Below are positions 50,961 to 64,000 of a DNA stretch of 64,000 nucleotides, piece by piece. Every line of letters starts with the position of its first letter. Positions within the stretch are counted from its first letter, which is position 1. The position numbers and the translations under genes were made by a program. The notes under the pieces are model-generated. The model ran no database searches, was not told the origin of the DNA, and saw only the letters and a list, made by a program, of their open reading frames with translations. This DNA comes from Acanthaster planci (lineage: Eukaryota): assembly GCF_001949145.1 (NCBI RefSeq), contig NW_019091361.1, positions 620,001 to 684,000 of the forward strand, read 5' to 3'.

Positions 50961-53900
50961 ACAAAATGCCTCTTTGCATCTTGTGACCTGCCTAGATACA
51001 CATATATTAAGAACCACTGAAGCTGCTGGTACTTGCCAGTCTCGTCTCTTTTTGAAGTTTGTCATGTAAACATCTCCGTTGGCAATGTATCTAGCAGCCA
51101 ATTTTATGGGGATGTTTAATAGCTTAAAATGCTTTCAAAACAGCAAGCTTCCGTTCATCCACTTATCATATTTCCTTTAGCAGACCCTTGGTGTCATGGG
51201 AGGTCTTGTGAAGGACACATGTATTTGGGTCAGGTGTGATCTTGCCAAGATCCACTATGTCATAATTCTGGATTGTACAGTACATGAATTAAAAAAAAAT
51301 TCTTGAGCTGATGAATTCAAGCAAAAATCATCCAAGCCGAGCAAACACCAGCTTGGTCCAGGATAATGCACTGACTGGCATCCAAAGTGGATGTTATTGT
51401 TTGCTTCCTTTTTCATTGATACATGCACATCATGAGAATGTACTAAAAAACGAAAGGAAACTGAGCCAAAAATTACCTTCAATTCCAGAAGAAAAAAATT
51501 TATTTAACAGTTTGATGAGCCAAAGAGATACTCGCTGATCTTCACAATGAAATGTTTATGTAACATTAGTGTGCTCAGTGACATTTAGTAAGCAGTACAA
51601 ATGTCTTTTGACCTACAATGCACTGCACCTTAGCCCTGAAAGAAACATGCCCCATGCCAGTGGGGGAGTATTTTGAGGCAAATATGATCAAGGGTCAACA
51701 TGGTTAAAAACACTCCACCAAAGTGGCAAACCGCAGGCCTACATGTATCTTTGAGGTAAGCATGGTTTCTACCAATGCAGATAAGTACATCTAGAGGTTA
51801 GGTATATAATAATACAGCTACATCTCTGCTGTAATGTGTCAGTACAGTGAGTCTGTTTATAGACATTCTAAATTTGATCAATGTACAATCAATTAGTAGA
51901 CACAATACTGAACATCAACTTTTTAACAGACAAAATAAATGTTGAAGAAAAATGAAGAACAACCCAAGACATAAACTCATGCACTTAATGCAGCACACAA
52001 GGCAAAGAAACAGCTTATCCACTACAGATATCTTTTGTGAAAAAAAACAACAACATGACATCTGGAAAAAAGACACTGGAGGGGAGAATCATGTCCGTTC
52101 TGCAAGACTTCCGCTAATGTGTGATTTGAGAGAGAAACGGGCATTTCTAATCCTGAGTGACAGGGGTAGCGGATGATCAAAGTGCCTTCTGACATTGCCA
52201 AAATTGCTCATCTCTAGAGCGACAACGCTTGGACAGCTTGCGGTGTCCTTGCTCTCAGAGATCACTGTCAGGGTATAGTCCTGGGGGTCAAGTGTCCGAG
52301 GCTGAAACGTAGAGAGACTTCTAGTCATGCTAAAGTCCAGCTCAAGTCCCACCAATTATGGGAAAAGAAGGAAACAACAGAGCATCACTTCAAGTGGATA
52401 AGTCTGAAGGAGAGCAATACTAAGAGCTCTGGTTTCAGTTTTGTCATAGGCGACAGAGTGTACCGTACTTCTGCAAGAAATGAAGAGCCCTTCATGATAC
52501 TCCAAACTCCTTTTTCATCTTTATCTCCACCTCTCCAAAGAAATTGCATGACTAAATAAAACTAACTTTTGAAATCAAATTTAATAAGGTTATTAAAAAT
52601 TTAAAAAAAATTCTTTGCAAAGCCTTATGTCTCAGTTGTACTTTACAAAATATGTATCTGTGAACGGAATATTAAGTGACATGAACAGCAGACGTTACCT
52701 AGACATACATGTACATGTATACATGTATGTGCAAGATGAATTCGCTTCAACTCCACTCCAGCAAGTATTTTTGCTACATGTACATAACACAGACTGCCTT
52801 TCTTGTATTCACACAAATCATGAATTTGGCTCCACAGATTCCGTTAGATTCCCCCGACTGAATCTGGCATGTTCATAAAAGCAAATTAATAAATTAATTC
52901 AGCGGGCCATTTGGGAAAAGAAAGGTTTCTATTTCTCTGCACCCAGACTATACCATTCCTCACATTGTTTTGGGTCTTCTTTGTCTCCGTGTCATTGAAC
53001 TCTAGACCAAGGTCGTTTACTCCCGGAATCACTTAAGTATCCTTATGTTTGAGAAGTGTTTTTTAATTGATGGCATGACACGCCGCGAGACGTTTGCTTT
53101 TAGATCTGACAGACTGGAGTGTTGCAATTAATGAAGCGTTGCTCTGGACATCTCATTATTGCTAGGCATTGTCTGAAGAGTCAAGCTCATCGACTAAAAA
53201 CTAGCTTTTTTTTCTCCAGACAATTCTTCGTTTCTGCTACACTGCAACTATGGATGGTGATGCATTAACTGCGGCTAATTTTTTGCCCAAGCAGTCTAGC
53301 AGAGATTGGTATTTGCAAGCAAAACTAGAGGCTCGTGTTTGTTCCTGCCTGATCGCTAGGCAATTGGGCAGGGCATTGTTCAATTTTTAAAATGAAGTGT
53401 TTTACTGTAAATAAGAAGAAATGTTGGAGTTCAGTATTTACTTCAGTTTAGCAAGGCGGCAAAAGAAATACTCACTGAAGTCGAAACTCCACAAATTTAA
53501 ATGTTCAACAAAAATAAACTGATAATTTATGGTTTGATGACATCAGAGCATTTGGATGCTTCTCACCGGTCAATTATCTAGTTGATATCATTATTTGTAG
53601 GCAATAGCATTTATGTGTTCTCCATGCAAGACGACACAGTTTACGTGGAAAAATACCGTCTCCAAATGCACACAACCACGTTTTTAGTTTGATTGTTTTG
53701 TTTAATGCCATACAAACATTTGTTCATGTTCAATAAGTGTTGGTGAAAAGTTTTGTATTTTTCACAAGGCTATCATTCCTCTGATTTATAAATTGCTAAG
53801 TCATACACGGAGAATACTACATATATCCTCTGATAGAACTGAAGGGCACATGTGAACACTTGAAAAATCTTTGGTTTGAATGTTCCAGAGTGAACCAAGC

Positions 53901-54388
53901 CAATTTGGTGCAACAGAGCAATCCCAAGAAGACCCCCAGAAATCCCAACCAAAGCATGGGCAGATTTCAATGGGGCCATTCAATGGTTGTTAAAGAAGAA
54001 GACTAAGAAAAAAAAACAGAGTAGAGAAGGAATATAAAATGCCGTTCAGCCCAGGCCAAGACGGGGCTTAATGCTCACGACTGCCTTAATACCCCCAGTC
54101 AACAGCTGCTACAGCAGCTGTGGAGTTCTGACAGACGTAATGGACAGACCCAAGCCCGGGCTAGTGGCGGTCAAAGACCCCAGCCACAACGTAAGGGTTT
54201 ATATGCCCAGAGATAAAGTAAGGAAAGAGGAGGAAAAAAAGGCAAAAGATAGAGAAGTTGAGGAAAGGGATAAAGCTCACAGCTGATAACCACATGGGAT
54301 ATAATATGTGCATGCAAGGTTGTATTGAAATTGTCATGAATACCACAGTAGCACTGCTTGAGGTGCACTTAACACACTACAGGCTAAG

Positions 54389-55342
54389 CATGTACATGTA
54401 CATGTACAGTACATGTGCATGGAACTTGGACCGTTTGTCTGTGGTTACCAACAGCCACTAATGGTAGTCTGTATATTTGTCTAAATGAAATTCCAGAGAT
54501 AGCGCTGTTGGACTTCCAGTTCATTCCTATCATTCTTGGTTGAGTTGGTGACCTTCAGAGAAACTAAGTGCTGATATACTAGTAGTACACTGGGATATAA
54601 TTGGTTTTGAACATAGTTCTTGAACTTGGGTTCATAATTCTGAAAGTCTCAAGTAATGATATCTAGGCCTGATGCTCAATGGACATGAAAGTACACGTAC
54701 ACTTGATGGACACAAAAAAGAATGGCTAAAAATTAGTATACATTACCACAACTCTAATTCTTGGTACAAAATGATATGTCGTTAGGTTCTCATTAATCAA
54801 AGGCATGCATAAATACAGAAAAACAGTAATGATCTAAAAGTTAATGGCTGAAATCACCCACAGGTAGGGTAAATATGGAACACATCTGCCACGAAATGAG
54901 TGGTGACAGAAGTGGTGGTGACTTTTTGAAAAATTGGCCAATACTTTAAATATACAGTACATGTACATGTACATAAATGCACAACACCGTTTTGCCAAGT
55001 TGTAGTGGTATACATTAAACTGTACAAGTACATATCCAGTCTACGGTAACATTTCACAATGTTGTCTTCAGATAGGTCACTACATACATGTACATGTACA
55101 TGTAGAGCAAGGATCTAGCAGTACATGTACTCAAGTATCATTGTGTTGCACGCCCAATGACATATAACACCCATACATGTATATGTAGTCCATGTGCAGT
55201 CTAAAACATATGCTGATTGAAAAGAATATATCCATGTTGAAGCTGTTCCGTTGTGTATCTACTGCATGGACATGTGTATGGTGTACGGATACATGCGCAT
55301 GCACATACATACATGAACACACCTTTCCGCACTTACATGTAC
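54389..55342. repeat. (TACATG)n-rich low-complexity zone
   Basis: Tracts at ~54389-54420, ~54957-54974 and ~55081-55130, plus scattered copies. Similar tracts lie at ~52705-52730 and ~63508-63522. Confidence 0.8.
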
Positions 55343-58300
55343 GGGGACTACTTATGCTTTGGAACATAGATGATGTGAGGACCAAAACATGGGACTAAAA
55401 GGTGTTTAAAAGCAACCTACAGCTAACAGGTGTATCCATACACAGCACACCAGAACACCAACAAAATATGAATTTCAACTGCAAAAAGTCATTTCAGTCA
55501 TCCATGTGTATGCCACTCAAAGGATTACATGTATATGAATATATCCAAGGATATCCTTGCCCTGAGTGGCAACATCTTGACTTGAAGACAATCTCTTCAT
55601 TTTTCCCCCTTTGGGTGTCAATGATAAGTTTGATGGACATATTGCTCCAAGTGTTATCTGGTCATCATCAGATGAAATGCATACAATTTTATCTGAATGC
55701 ATCCATTTCTTCAAGGCACATGCCAGGAAGGTTATCAGAAAGCAATGAAAACAACCCCTACAGCTGCTTGGCTGGTACACCGTATCACATCAGAACCTAA
55801 GTAAGCTCTCAAAAAAAAAAAAGCGTCTACATAAGACTATGACCACAGAAGAAATCTCTTCTGAGCTCAGACAGCGTCCTTAAAGTCTAGGCTCTTGGGG
55901 AGAAATAAAGTGCTTCAGGTGAAGAAGCAAAGATACACGAGATATGTCAAAAGAACAATCTACTTGAGCACTTCAAGAATTGGAGAGGAAAGATTTGCCG
56001 ACTTGAAAATCAGTTTGAAACACAAACATTTAACTGCAAATGTGAACTTGACATCTCAAGTCCAATCTGAAAACAAAGTGAATGTCTTGCTGACTCTACT
56101 GAAATTGAAATATTCCTGAAGAAATATCTAAACATTAGACTACTTTTAAAAATAAACCGAGTATCACCTAGGAGACAAAATATTGACCAAATTATCCGGA
56201 AAGGGCAAAGCACGTTCATAAATGAGTTATGGTATATACGGAAAAACAGAAGGAAAATCAGCCAGAAACATTTTGAGTATCCAAGTAATGGGATCTTTTG
56301 CATTTTGTCCAATGAAGTTTAATGAACACTGAAACAGTGAATGAACAGCTCTGTATCAAGCAAGAAATCCTCCAAGTTTATCTGTCTCTGTATTTGCAGG
56401 TAGAAATCCTGTCACATACTTGTGCTATAACTGCTCATTTAATCAGTTGGCAGAGATAAAGCAATCAGTAGTGCTTCCAGCAAGTGTTAACAATTCATGC
56501 TTCCCTTGGGTGTACCACCAGAAATATATTGTATAATTTCCTTCTTCCCTACTGTCTCGGCTTATACAGAGACCTAGCTCCCAAACCTATAAACCAACAC
56601 AAATGTGCATACTAACTCCCTTACAGTTACACATGGCATGACAACAAATGCATGCTCTTTTGCAAGAATAAAAAGAATAAGAGTGGTGTACTAGACCCAT
56701 TTGGAGACGGCCCCTAACACGGACACCCCCCTGAGACCGACCAAACAGAATTAGCCTAGTTTAGGCCAACCGCCCCTCCTCCTACACCTCCAAAAACAGA
56801 AACCAACGCCCCCAGGCAGCAATGCGATATGTGGGTGAACATACGCAATCTGTACAGGCCCAAGATATTAGGCCTTTTGGCACCAATACGTTTAAATGTC
56901 TTATAGGGGAGCAGCTAGCGAAGTAGGTTATTCAACTCGCCTCAGCAATATGCTCACCGCTGATACTCCGCTCCAAGGCAGATGGAAGCATCAACACAGT
57001 CAAAAGAGTTAGCCACACAAAAACCCCCATTTTTTTTCCCTTCCTGTCTTTTGCTCTTAATCTTATTTTGAGAACACAGCATGCTGTGTTTGATTTTTTT
57101 CTCCCCAATCCCATTTATGTCTTGTTTTAGAATTTCACAGAGATGAGTTTTCTGCTCTTTTGAAAAGGGTCAATGGCAGCTAATGTAACAGAATTTTTTT
57201 AAACTCTAATAACCTTTATCAACTTGTACCTCAACAAATGTGAAGCAGAAAAGATATTTTAAAAATGCAATTACGAAGACACACTAGTACCAACCTACCA
57301 GCATATTTTCATCTGAATCACCAGCTAATGGACTACATGTCCTGTCTTCTCTAGATGTGCTCTAATTTTGATAAACAGATGAGATGCAACTTTGGTCAAC
57401 AACAGTGCATGTACCAGTAGATCTCAAAAAAAACCCAGCAAATCAGAACAGTAATGCATTACATGTACATTTTTTGTTCAGAAATATCTTATAAATTACA
57501 AAGTGCAGACTAAAACAAAAAATTCTCCTGTGGAAAAGGACATAAAAGACAAAACTATCAGGGTTCTTTTCTGTGATTACCTACTTGTTATGTAAAACAT
57601 CTGTCCATTCAATAATTTTCAACAGGGAAAACCAGAACAATGCCCATAAACCTTTTCTGAACCCCCACCTCCTAAAGGTCCAAGGAGCAAACACCGAACC
57701 AGCTGAACCAGCATCAACATCACTTAAGGGACCAATAAACCCATCATAGTCATAAAATGCTTCAGTCCTTCAAAACCTCACCCAGACCCCCTCACCAGAC
57801 TCCCTGGGAAACAGCAAAAAGGATAATTTACGAGGACTGCTGACAAAAAGTGGTTCTTATTTTTAGCAATTCCTTGGAGGAACAGGGGGTAGGGAGCAGT
57901 AACACGGGTCAACAGACAAGTTTATTGGTTGTTTTTGCAGTTCACTGACATCGATTGTACAACTTTTTTTACGCTGGGAAAGTTTAGAGCTGTAATTCTG
58001 TTGCCAGCAATTGCTAACTACTGTAGACAACTTTATGGCTGTATTCAGGGTCCAGGGTAGACTTAAAAGTCAGTGATGTTTGAAGTTGTTTCTATGGACA
58101 ATTTACTGGCGGACATATTTATTTAGCAAGGGGGAAATGATATGCCAGTGATCATTTTAATGCAATGTGGACTATACATCTCAATATGCAGTTCTATTCA
58201 CTCCCCAAAAAAGCTCCTGAACAAGCCATTTGCGAGTTAAATTTGAATAAAATCTGGTGCACTGAATAACGTGACTACACCCCAACATTTACGATTTGAA

Positions 58301-61009
58301 TTCCCCAGACTAAAGACACTGTTGCTATACCTCGTGATTCTGGACAAGCTTTCGCATAGCGACCACCATCTCTGGAATGGAATGGTTCCTTTGTACCCTT
58401 CTTATCCATTGAGAACAGTGTATTGTTACAAGGTGTCTCTTATGTAACTAAGCAAAAGCTTGCCCCGAATCATGAGATATAGCAACAGTGGCTTTAGTAT
58501 GGAGGATTCCAATTTTATGTTCACGTGAATTTAAAGAACTCAGTGTACCAGATTTGGGTCAAAGTAAACTTGCAAAAGGCTTATTTCTTGATGGAGTTTG
58601 TGGACTTGAAGGCCCTTATGAATAATCATGGAATTTTCTGTCCCTGATGTGGTCATTCCTTATGACAGTTCCCAGGAGTAAAAAGGATATTTATTAGTGG
58701 CTGAGGTTTTCATCACCTAAAACTTTTTTCCCCTTAATTTGATTTATGGAGCTTAGAATCCTGTCACTGTCTCAAAACACATGTGCAAGAAGTCGCACAT
58801 GGGTGACTGATCCATAAACTTTTATTAAGACACAGCGTTTTTACCATTCAGAACACAAAAACATCCGTGGTCAAAGAGGGAATTGAGGAAACACTGATTT
58901 CACACGGATATTTCTTGGATCAATTGGTCAGCCTGCAATGAATTTTCAGACAAAAATATTAAAATGGACTATAGAGAATTCTAGAATTGGTTTCTTTGAG
59001 CTCAAATGGTACCAAACGTTTTATTTCGAACTTAAAACCATGACCCTTTCATGACTGCTAGAGACATCAGTTGCTGGTACTGTTCTGAGTTCACCAGTAA
59101 TCAAATGACTGGTAACCAAATCTTTATTCTGTCAGTGTACAAAGAGTGGATGGACAATGAGTTGATTAAAATGAAATATGAGTGATTTAAGTTCCCAGTA
59201 TAAGTTTCATGCCAAATTAGCACAATTTTGCTTGTATGATTTGGAACATATTCTTTTAAAAAGGCCTTCAGCAGACATTAGCTATGCTTAGAACGAGCAA
59301 AATTTGACATCTTATTTCTTCCACTATTAGTTAAACGCTTCAGTAACAAAACCTGCTGGCATAAACCCAAGTTGACAACATCACCCCAAACAAAGGGAAA
59401 TAGTAAAACTATAACTCATGTTTTGCCCCTCTTTTTTAACATATATGAATTCCTTAAGAATTAAACTTATGCACGGAGGTCTACCTTTAAAGAGCCAGGA
59501 CTCCTCTTTGTGATATTTGTAGCATTTTCACATAGAGTTGTTAGAGGACAGGGGAAATGAGTGGTTTTTTTTTTTTCTTTTGAAATTTTTTTGAAATTTC
59601 ATTCCGTGTGCGTGTTTTTTAAGCAGGTCCTACGTCATTGGATATTATAGCCCAGCAAGGAATTGGGCAGCGGTGCGCATGAATGTCTAGCAACCCACGT
59701 CAAATTCCCTCCTCTGGCTATCTCTACACATCCTTATTAAGTCTGATCAAGGTCATCTAGTAATGTGGAGACGGCTCCAAGTGATATGATGTAGGCAAAC
59801 TTTCAAGTTTACATCTTCACGGTTTTAATATCAACGAACACCACTGTGAAAATATTGACGGTTGCAACTGATCAAACCTCATAAAGTATGACATCGCAGC
59901 AAGTGACACACAGGTTTGGCTCTGGGTATCATTTCCACCTATTGGCCAAGGGAAAAATATTTGTGACCGTTTTCAAACAAATAATTGCTGCTGTCCCGCA
60001 AGTTCAATAACAAGAGTCACCCATGAGGTTCTGGTGGTATTTTCTTACATGATTGAAAGGATGAATGGCACCTAGGTAGCTGGAAAGAATTAAGTTCCGT
60101 CAAATTCTACAACCCGCTTAACAGGAATTTATTCAGTGAACCATGCATGTACCTACTAGTACGACACTTCCAGAGAATAACATGTACCACTCAAAATGTA
60201 ATTTCTTTTTTTAATGTTCATGGCAAATGGATTCCATTCATTTCCATTTGTGTGACAATTGAGAAGACAGTCTTACAGGCTTAGAACTTCCAGAACATTA
60301 CATGACACTTTGCCTGAAACTTCATTTCAGTTTGTTTGTGTGCTTATCATTATGTCTGTGGAGTCATCTGCTAAGTCCCGCCAGAACTGCAAGAGCCTTC
60401 TGGGAAGTGGCGTCAGCAGTTCACGCTGTATTGAACGTCAATCTATTAGCACGCTGCACATGCTTCATCCATGCATACACAATGCTGCAGGAGGCACACG
60501 TACATTTGGTAAACGGCCTTCCCTGTCCAGTCCAGCGAACTACAATGTCAAAATTACGCACAGGCTGAGGTGAAGGTTAAATGGAAATTGTTACACAGTA
60601 ATTCATGTTGCTGGCAGCAAAACAAAGACACACAGGGAGAGCAAACACAGAGGCTGCTGTGGTAAATCTAAACAATCGCAATATGGTGCTTCCAGGCAGA
60701 AAAAAAGCTTCATAATCTCTGTAAGACAATTATGAGGATTAAAAAAAGACCTGCTTATGACAGTTACAGAGCTTATTTTTATAAAATTCATTTTGTTTAG
60801 GATGGACAGCAATTAAAAAAATCACACATGTGAGCATATGACATTATACAAAGACACAAGACAATGATAAAAATGATACAAGATATCAAAATAAGACTTC
60901 ATTATACCGATGTGAGGACATTACTTATTACAACAGTTCCACAAAGTATGTGGACGCTTCTACTGAAAAAAATTCCTAAACTTTTGGCAAAAATGCATTG
61001 CTATCGGAA

Positions 61010-61031
61010 CAATTCTCCCCCGTACAGCACT
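61010..61031. mobile_element. Orphan terminus matching the right end of the hAT-like element at 27390-28167
   Basis: caattctcccccgtacagcact versus caatttcccccgtacagcact (28146-28166), differing by one indel. Confidence 0.55.
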
Positions 61032-63319
61032 TGGCAATTACACCGTAAATGCCAAGAGGATGTTTTATTTCTTATATTCAGTTTGAATTATACTTTTGCA
61101 GTTGCTACTTAAAAGCTTTTCCTGTTGATGTCAAATGGCACTACCGATATGTGCGGCTTCTTTATGTCATTTTCAATCTCCCTTTATGCGGATGTTTTCA
61201 TTTTGCTTTGATATTTTTCATGTTATTCACTGAAAGTAAAGATCATGTACCAGTAATTTGACAATGGAATAACAGAGTAATTCAAAAATAAATTCCTTCT
61301 TATTTAAATAGCGTGCTCTAAGGAGGTGTCCAAATTTTGACCCAAACTTTAGAGCAAACACTGAATCCTACTACACTTAACTGTGCCATATTTGGATCAT
61401 GAGATAATATAAACCCTCTTCAAGAAGCAACACCATGAGCAAAATGCACAAAATCCTGGCAGAGGATGCAAGCATGTCTTCATCCCATAAGTGATGAACA
61501 CACAGGTGAGGCAGCCATGAAAAATACACCAAGACCAGATGCCACCATACAGCATCAAATTTCCATAACCACCTCTGCTAAATAAATCAAAGAGTGTTGT
61601 CAATAAGACTGCTAATCCAAACAGGAGGAGAGGGTATTTTGAACGACCCTGACCCAGGCAGAAGCTGAGATGGGGGAAGGGTTGGTAAAATGACACTTAG
61701 GCAAAGAAACTGCATAATTCACACACCAGAAGGACCTTTGGCTGAGGAGTACATGTGCGGTAGATTAATTCTTATAGACTTAGATTAGAAGCAGCTCTAC
61801 AGAGTTGTAAAGCAGAAAATTGTCTCACGGTGAAGATTTCAGTTTCCAACAGATAGAACAAACTACATGTACTGTATGATAAGGAAGCATCTGTGAATAT
61901 TGCCAGGAGAGTATGGTAGGTCAGATTGTGGAACGACTGAAATTGAACAGTTTTCTTTTTCATAATTTGATTCCTAAAGGATGACTGTTAGGGATGACTG
62001 TCCCAAGGTCTTGGTTCATCATCCAAATGATTCAATCTACATGAATATCTGATATCATTTCCCACTACACAGTGCATGTATGTGGGAGATTTATTACTTT
62101 TCAACCATGCACATGTAACATTGTAATGTAGGCCTACATCACTTAAATACAGTGAGTATAGTGTCGAGATTGAGTTTGCAATAATGAGCAAATACTTGTC
62201 TAATATCTCAGTTCATTTCGATCAAATGAGCTATAACTGAAAGTAAGAAAGACACATCTTATAATCACCTAGGACCTACCAATAAGATTTTGTGGTGGAT
62301 TTCTGCTAAGCTAGGAATGACAGGTGGAAAACTTATGGTCACCCACCTTACTGACAATTGGACTAAAAGACCAAGTTTGAATGCAATAAGTGTCAGTGAA
62401 AGACTGTGTACGGGGGACAAGAAGTCAGCCTTTCAGACATGCAGACAGCATTTCCTTAAAATTATCCCCTGATGAAAAGAAAAATCAGTTTACCAAATGG
62501 ACAAGCACTTAAGCTGTACTTTCATTCAAAGTTGAGGATAGTAAAACCAGTGCCACTAGTCACCCTGTTTACTAACCGTCCATCTATCAGTCCCCAACTC
62601 TTGACACTAACTACCAGCAATCACACACTCCTGTGATTGATCGTCCATGGACAGCCCTACAGTCTTACAAGGGAAACCAGCCCCAATGGCCTATTTCCCT
62701 CATTGTCTTGGACTGATGACTGCCTTAGTTAAGGGCTTCCACCTTGCCGCAATCCATTGTTCTTAGCTAATGATTGAGCTACATTTCAGTCTCTCTCCGT
62801 CTGCAGTCTTTTAGATGTATCTGGGTCAGAGTCATATGCTTGATTGGCCAATTTCCTGGTTTTCAGCCAATCTGGGTTTTGTACAGTTATGTTGTGCTTC
62901 TGTTTTATATACACTGTACAGTATACTGGTGTGTAGATGTATATACCTTCACAGAGAAAAGAAAAATAATCCAAACTAGGCCACGCTTAAAAAGTCCAAC
63001 TTCTTAATTTCTTAACAGATTTGTTCCTTTGATGGAGTATATTTGGTACAGATTAGAGATTTTGCTTTGGATGGGGATCTCAGTAGTCAGTTGAAATTAC
63101 CTTGGAAATGAGAATTATGACACTACTGCTGCATGTATATCAACTAAAGAAATTCATGTCCAACCTTGCATGCATGGTCCAGTAGTGATGGTTATTTTGA
63201 TGCCAAGGCGTGGTGTTTAATAATAAAAAATAACCAAAATAACCAGATTGGTGTTCGCTCCAGATCTTCACTCAACAGACTTATGTTAGTCATTAACCAG
63301 TAAGTCTAAGATCAAGTGC

Positions 63320-63425
63320 AGAGGGTTGAATCCAAGTCAAAATCTAAGTTATTTATCATCTTGACTCAAGTCGAGTCTGAGTCCCCAAAAATGGGACTCC
63401 AGTAGGACTCAAAAGTCAGACAACT
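63320..63425. repeat. GAGTC/GACTC motif cluster, a possible degraded DNA transposon end
   Basis: gactcaagtcgagtctgagtcccc...gggactccagtaggactc, with many copies in both orientations within ~60 bp. Confidence 0.4.
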
Positions 63426-64000
63426 ATTATTCATAAACTGCGATACACACCAATAATAACGAAGAGGCACATTATATTGTACACGTGAAAAAATGCCTGT
63501 GCATACAGGTACATGTACATGTGCAGGCACAATCTAACATCCAACAATTGAAACATCCTTGTCAAATAGTCACTAGATATACATGTACTTCATACTCTAG
63601 GGAGAGGTTGCAATTTCTGATCAATTCACTCTTCCCTTAAAATACAGTAACCGGTTCAAGTAGCTCTTGTTTTGTGCACAAATCTACCCCCCCTTGTCCC
63701 ATTTGAAAAGGTTGAAAAGAATTGTACATGTATGTTCCATGCTCTGTCTTCTAGATTGAGCCTTCAGATTTTTCACAAGTGTTTTTACAGTTAATCAAAC
63801 CTGAAAAAGAAATCAATAACAATTAAGCAGTTGATTAATTGATGGATTTCTCTCGTTACACTGTACACACACGTACAAACACCCACATTGCACCATGGAG
63901 GAAGCCTCCATGATTGCGCTAACAAATGCCAGGAAAGGTAATGCGTTTCTTGCATCTCAGAGGCTGTTCTTTGCTATCTTAATATTGTCACAATGGATGC

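Larger units (their letters stand above)
1..64000 (-). other. Non-coding region, probably the interior of a very long intron of a minus-strand gene (alternatively intergenic)
   Basis: No convincing ORF (longest 136 aa, no recognisable domain). A-runs visibly outnumber T-runs on +, so - is T-rich. The best composite splice signals lie on -. Judged by eye, not counted. Confidence 0.45.

Noticed and set aside
51612..51627. miR-33-like sequence on the minus strand (gtgcattgtag)
   Set aside because: It diverges after 11 nt and has no complementary arm.
52089..52355. Minus-strand 88-aa ORF with somewhat protein-like composition
   Set aside because: No recognisable family and no flanking donor. 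The nearby acceptor at ~52471 does not read into it without stops. A BLASTX or RNA-seq check would settle it.
62637..62658. REST/RE1-like half site ccatggacagc
   Set aside because: The left half (TTCAGCAC) is absent.
1..64000. All ORFs in the six-frame track
   Set aside because: They are short (60-136 aa), many start at non-ATG codons, they overlap on both strands, and none shows a recognisable domain. This is consistent with chance ORFs.

Overview
This window is AT-rich, visibly CpG-poor non-coding DNA with the hallmarks of an animal genome. The TACATGTA/TAGGCCTA micro-repeats and CTCF-like motifs suggest a bilaterian invertebrate (inference). None of the six-frame ORFs is credible as a protein-coding gene, and I see no rRNA, intact tRNA, CRISPR array or recognisable conserved miRNA. 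The + strand is visibly A-run rich, which fits the interior of a very long intron transcribed on the - strand. Supported features are three non-autonomous DNA transposons (Kolobok-like with TTAA, hAT-like with an 8-bp TSD, Tc1/mariner-like with TA and ~195-bp arms), a tRNA-derived SINE head, several local tandem duplications, (TACATG)n tracts, six to seven CTCF-like motifs and candidate enhancer motifs (nuclear receptor DR1/DR4, Pbx-Hox, Pbx-Meis). The most interesting signal is two minus-strand sites 22 kb apart reading polypyrimidine-CTGCAG|GTATGTA, each followed 111-118 nt later by a second good splice donor. This is the architecture of recursive splice sites with cryptic RS-exons. All calls were made by eye; no searches were run.
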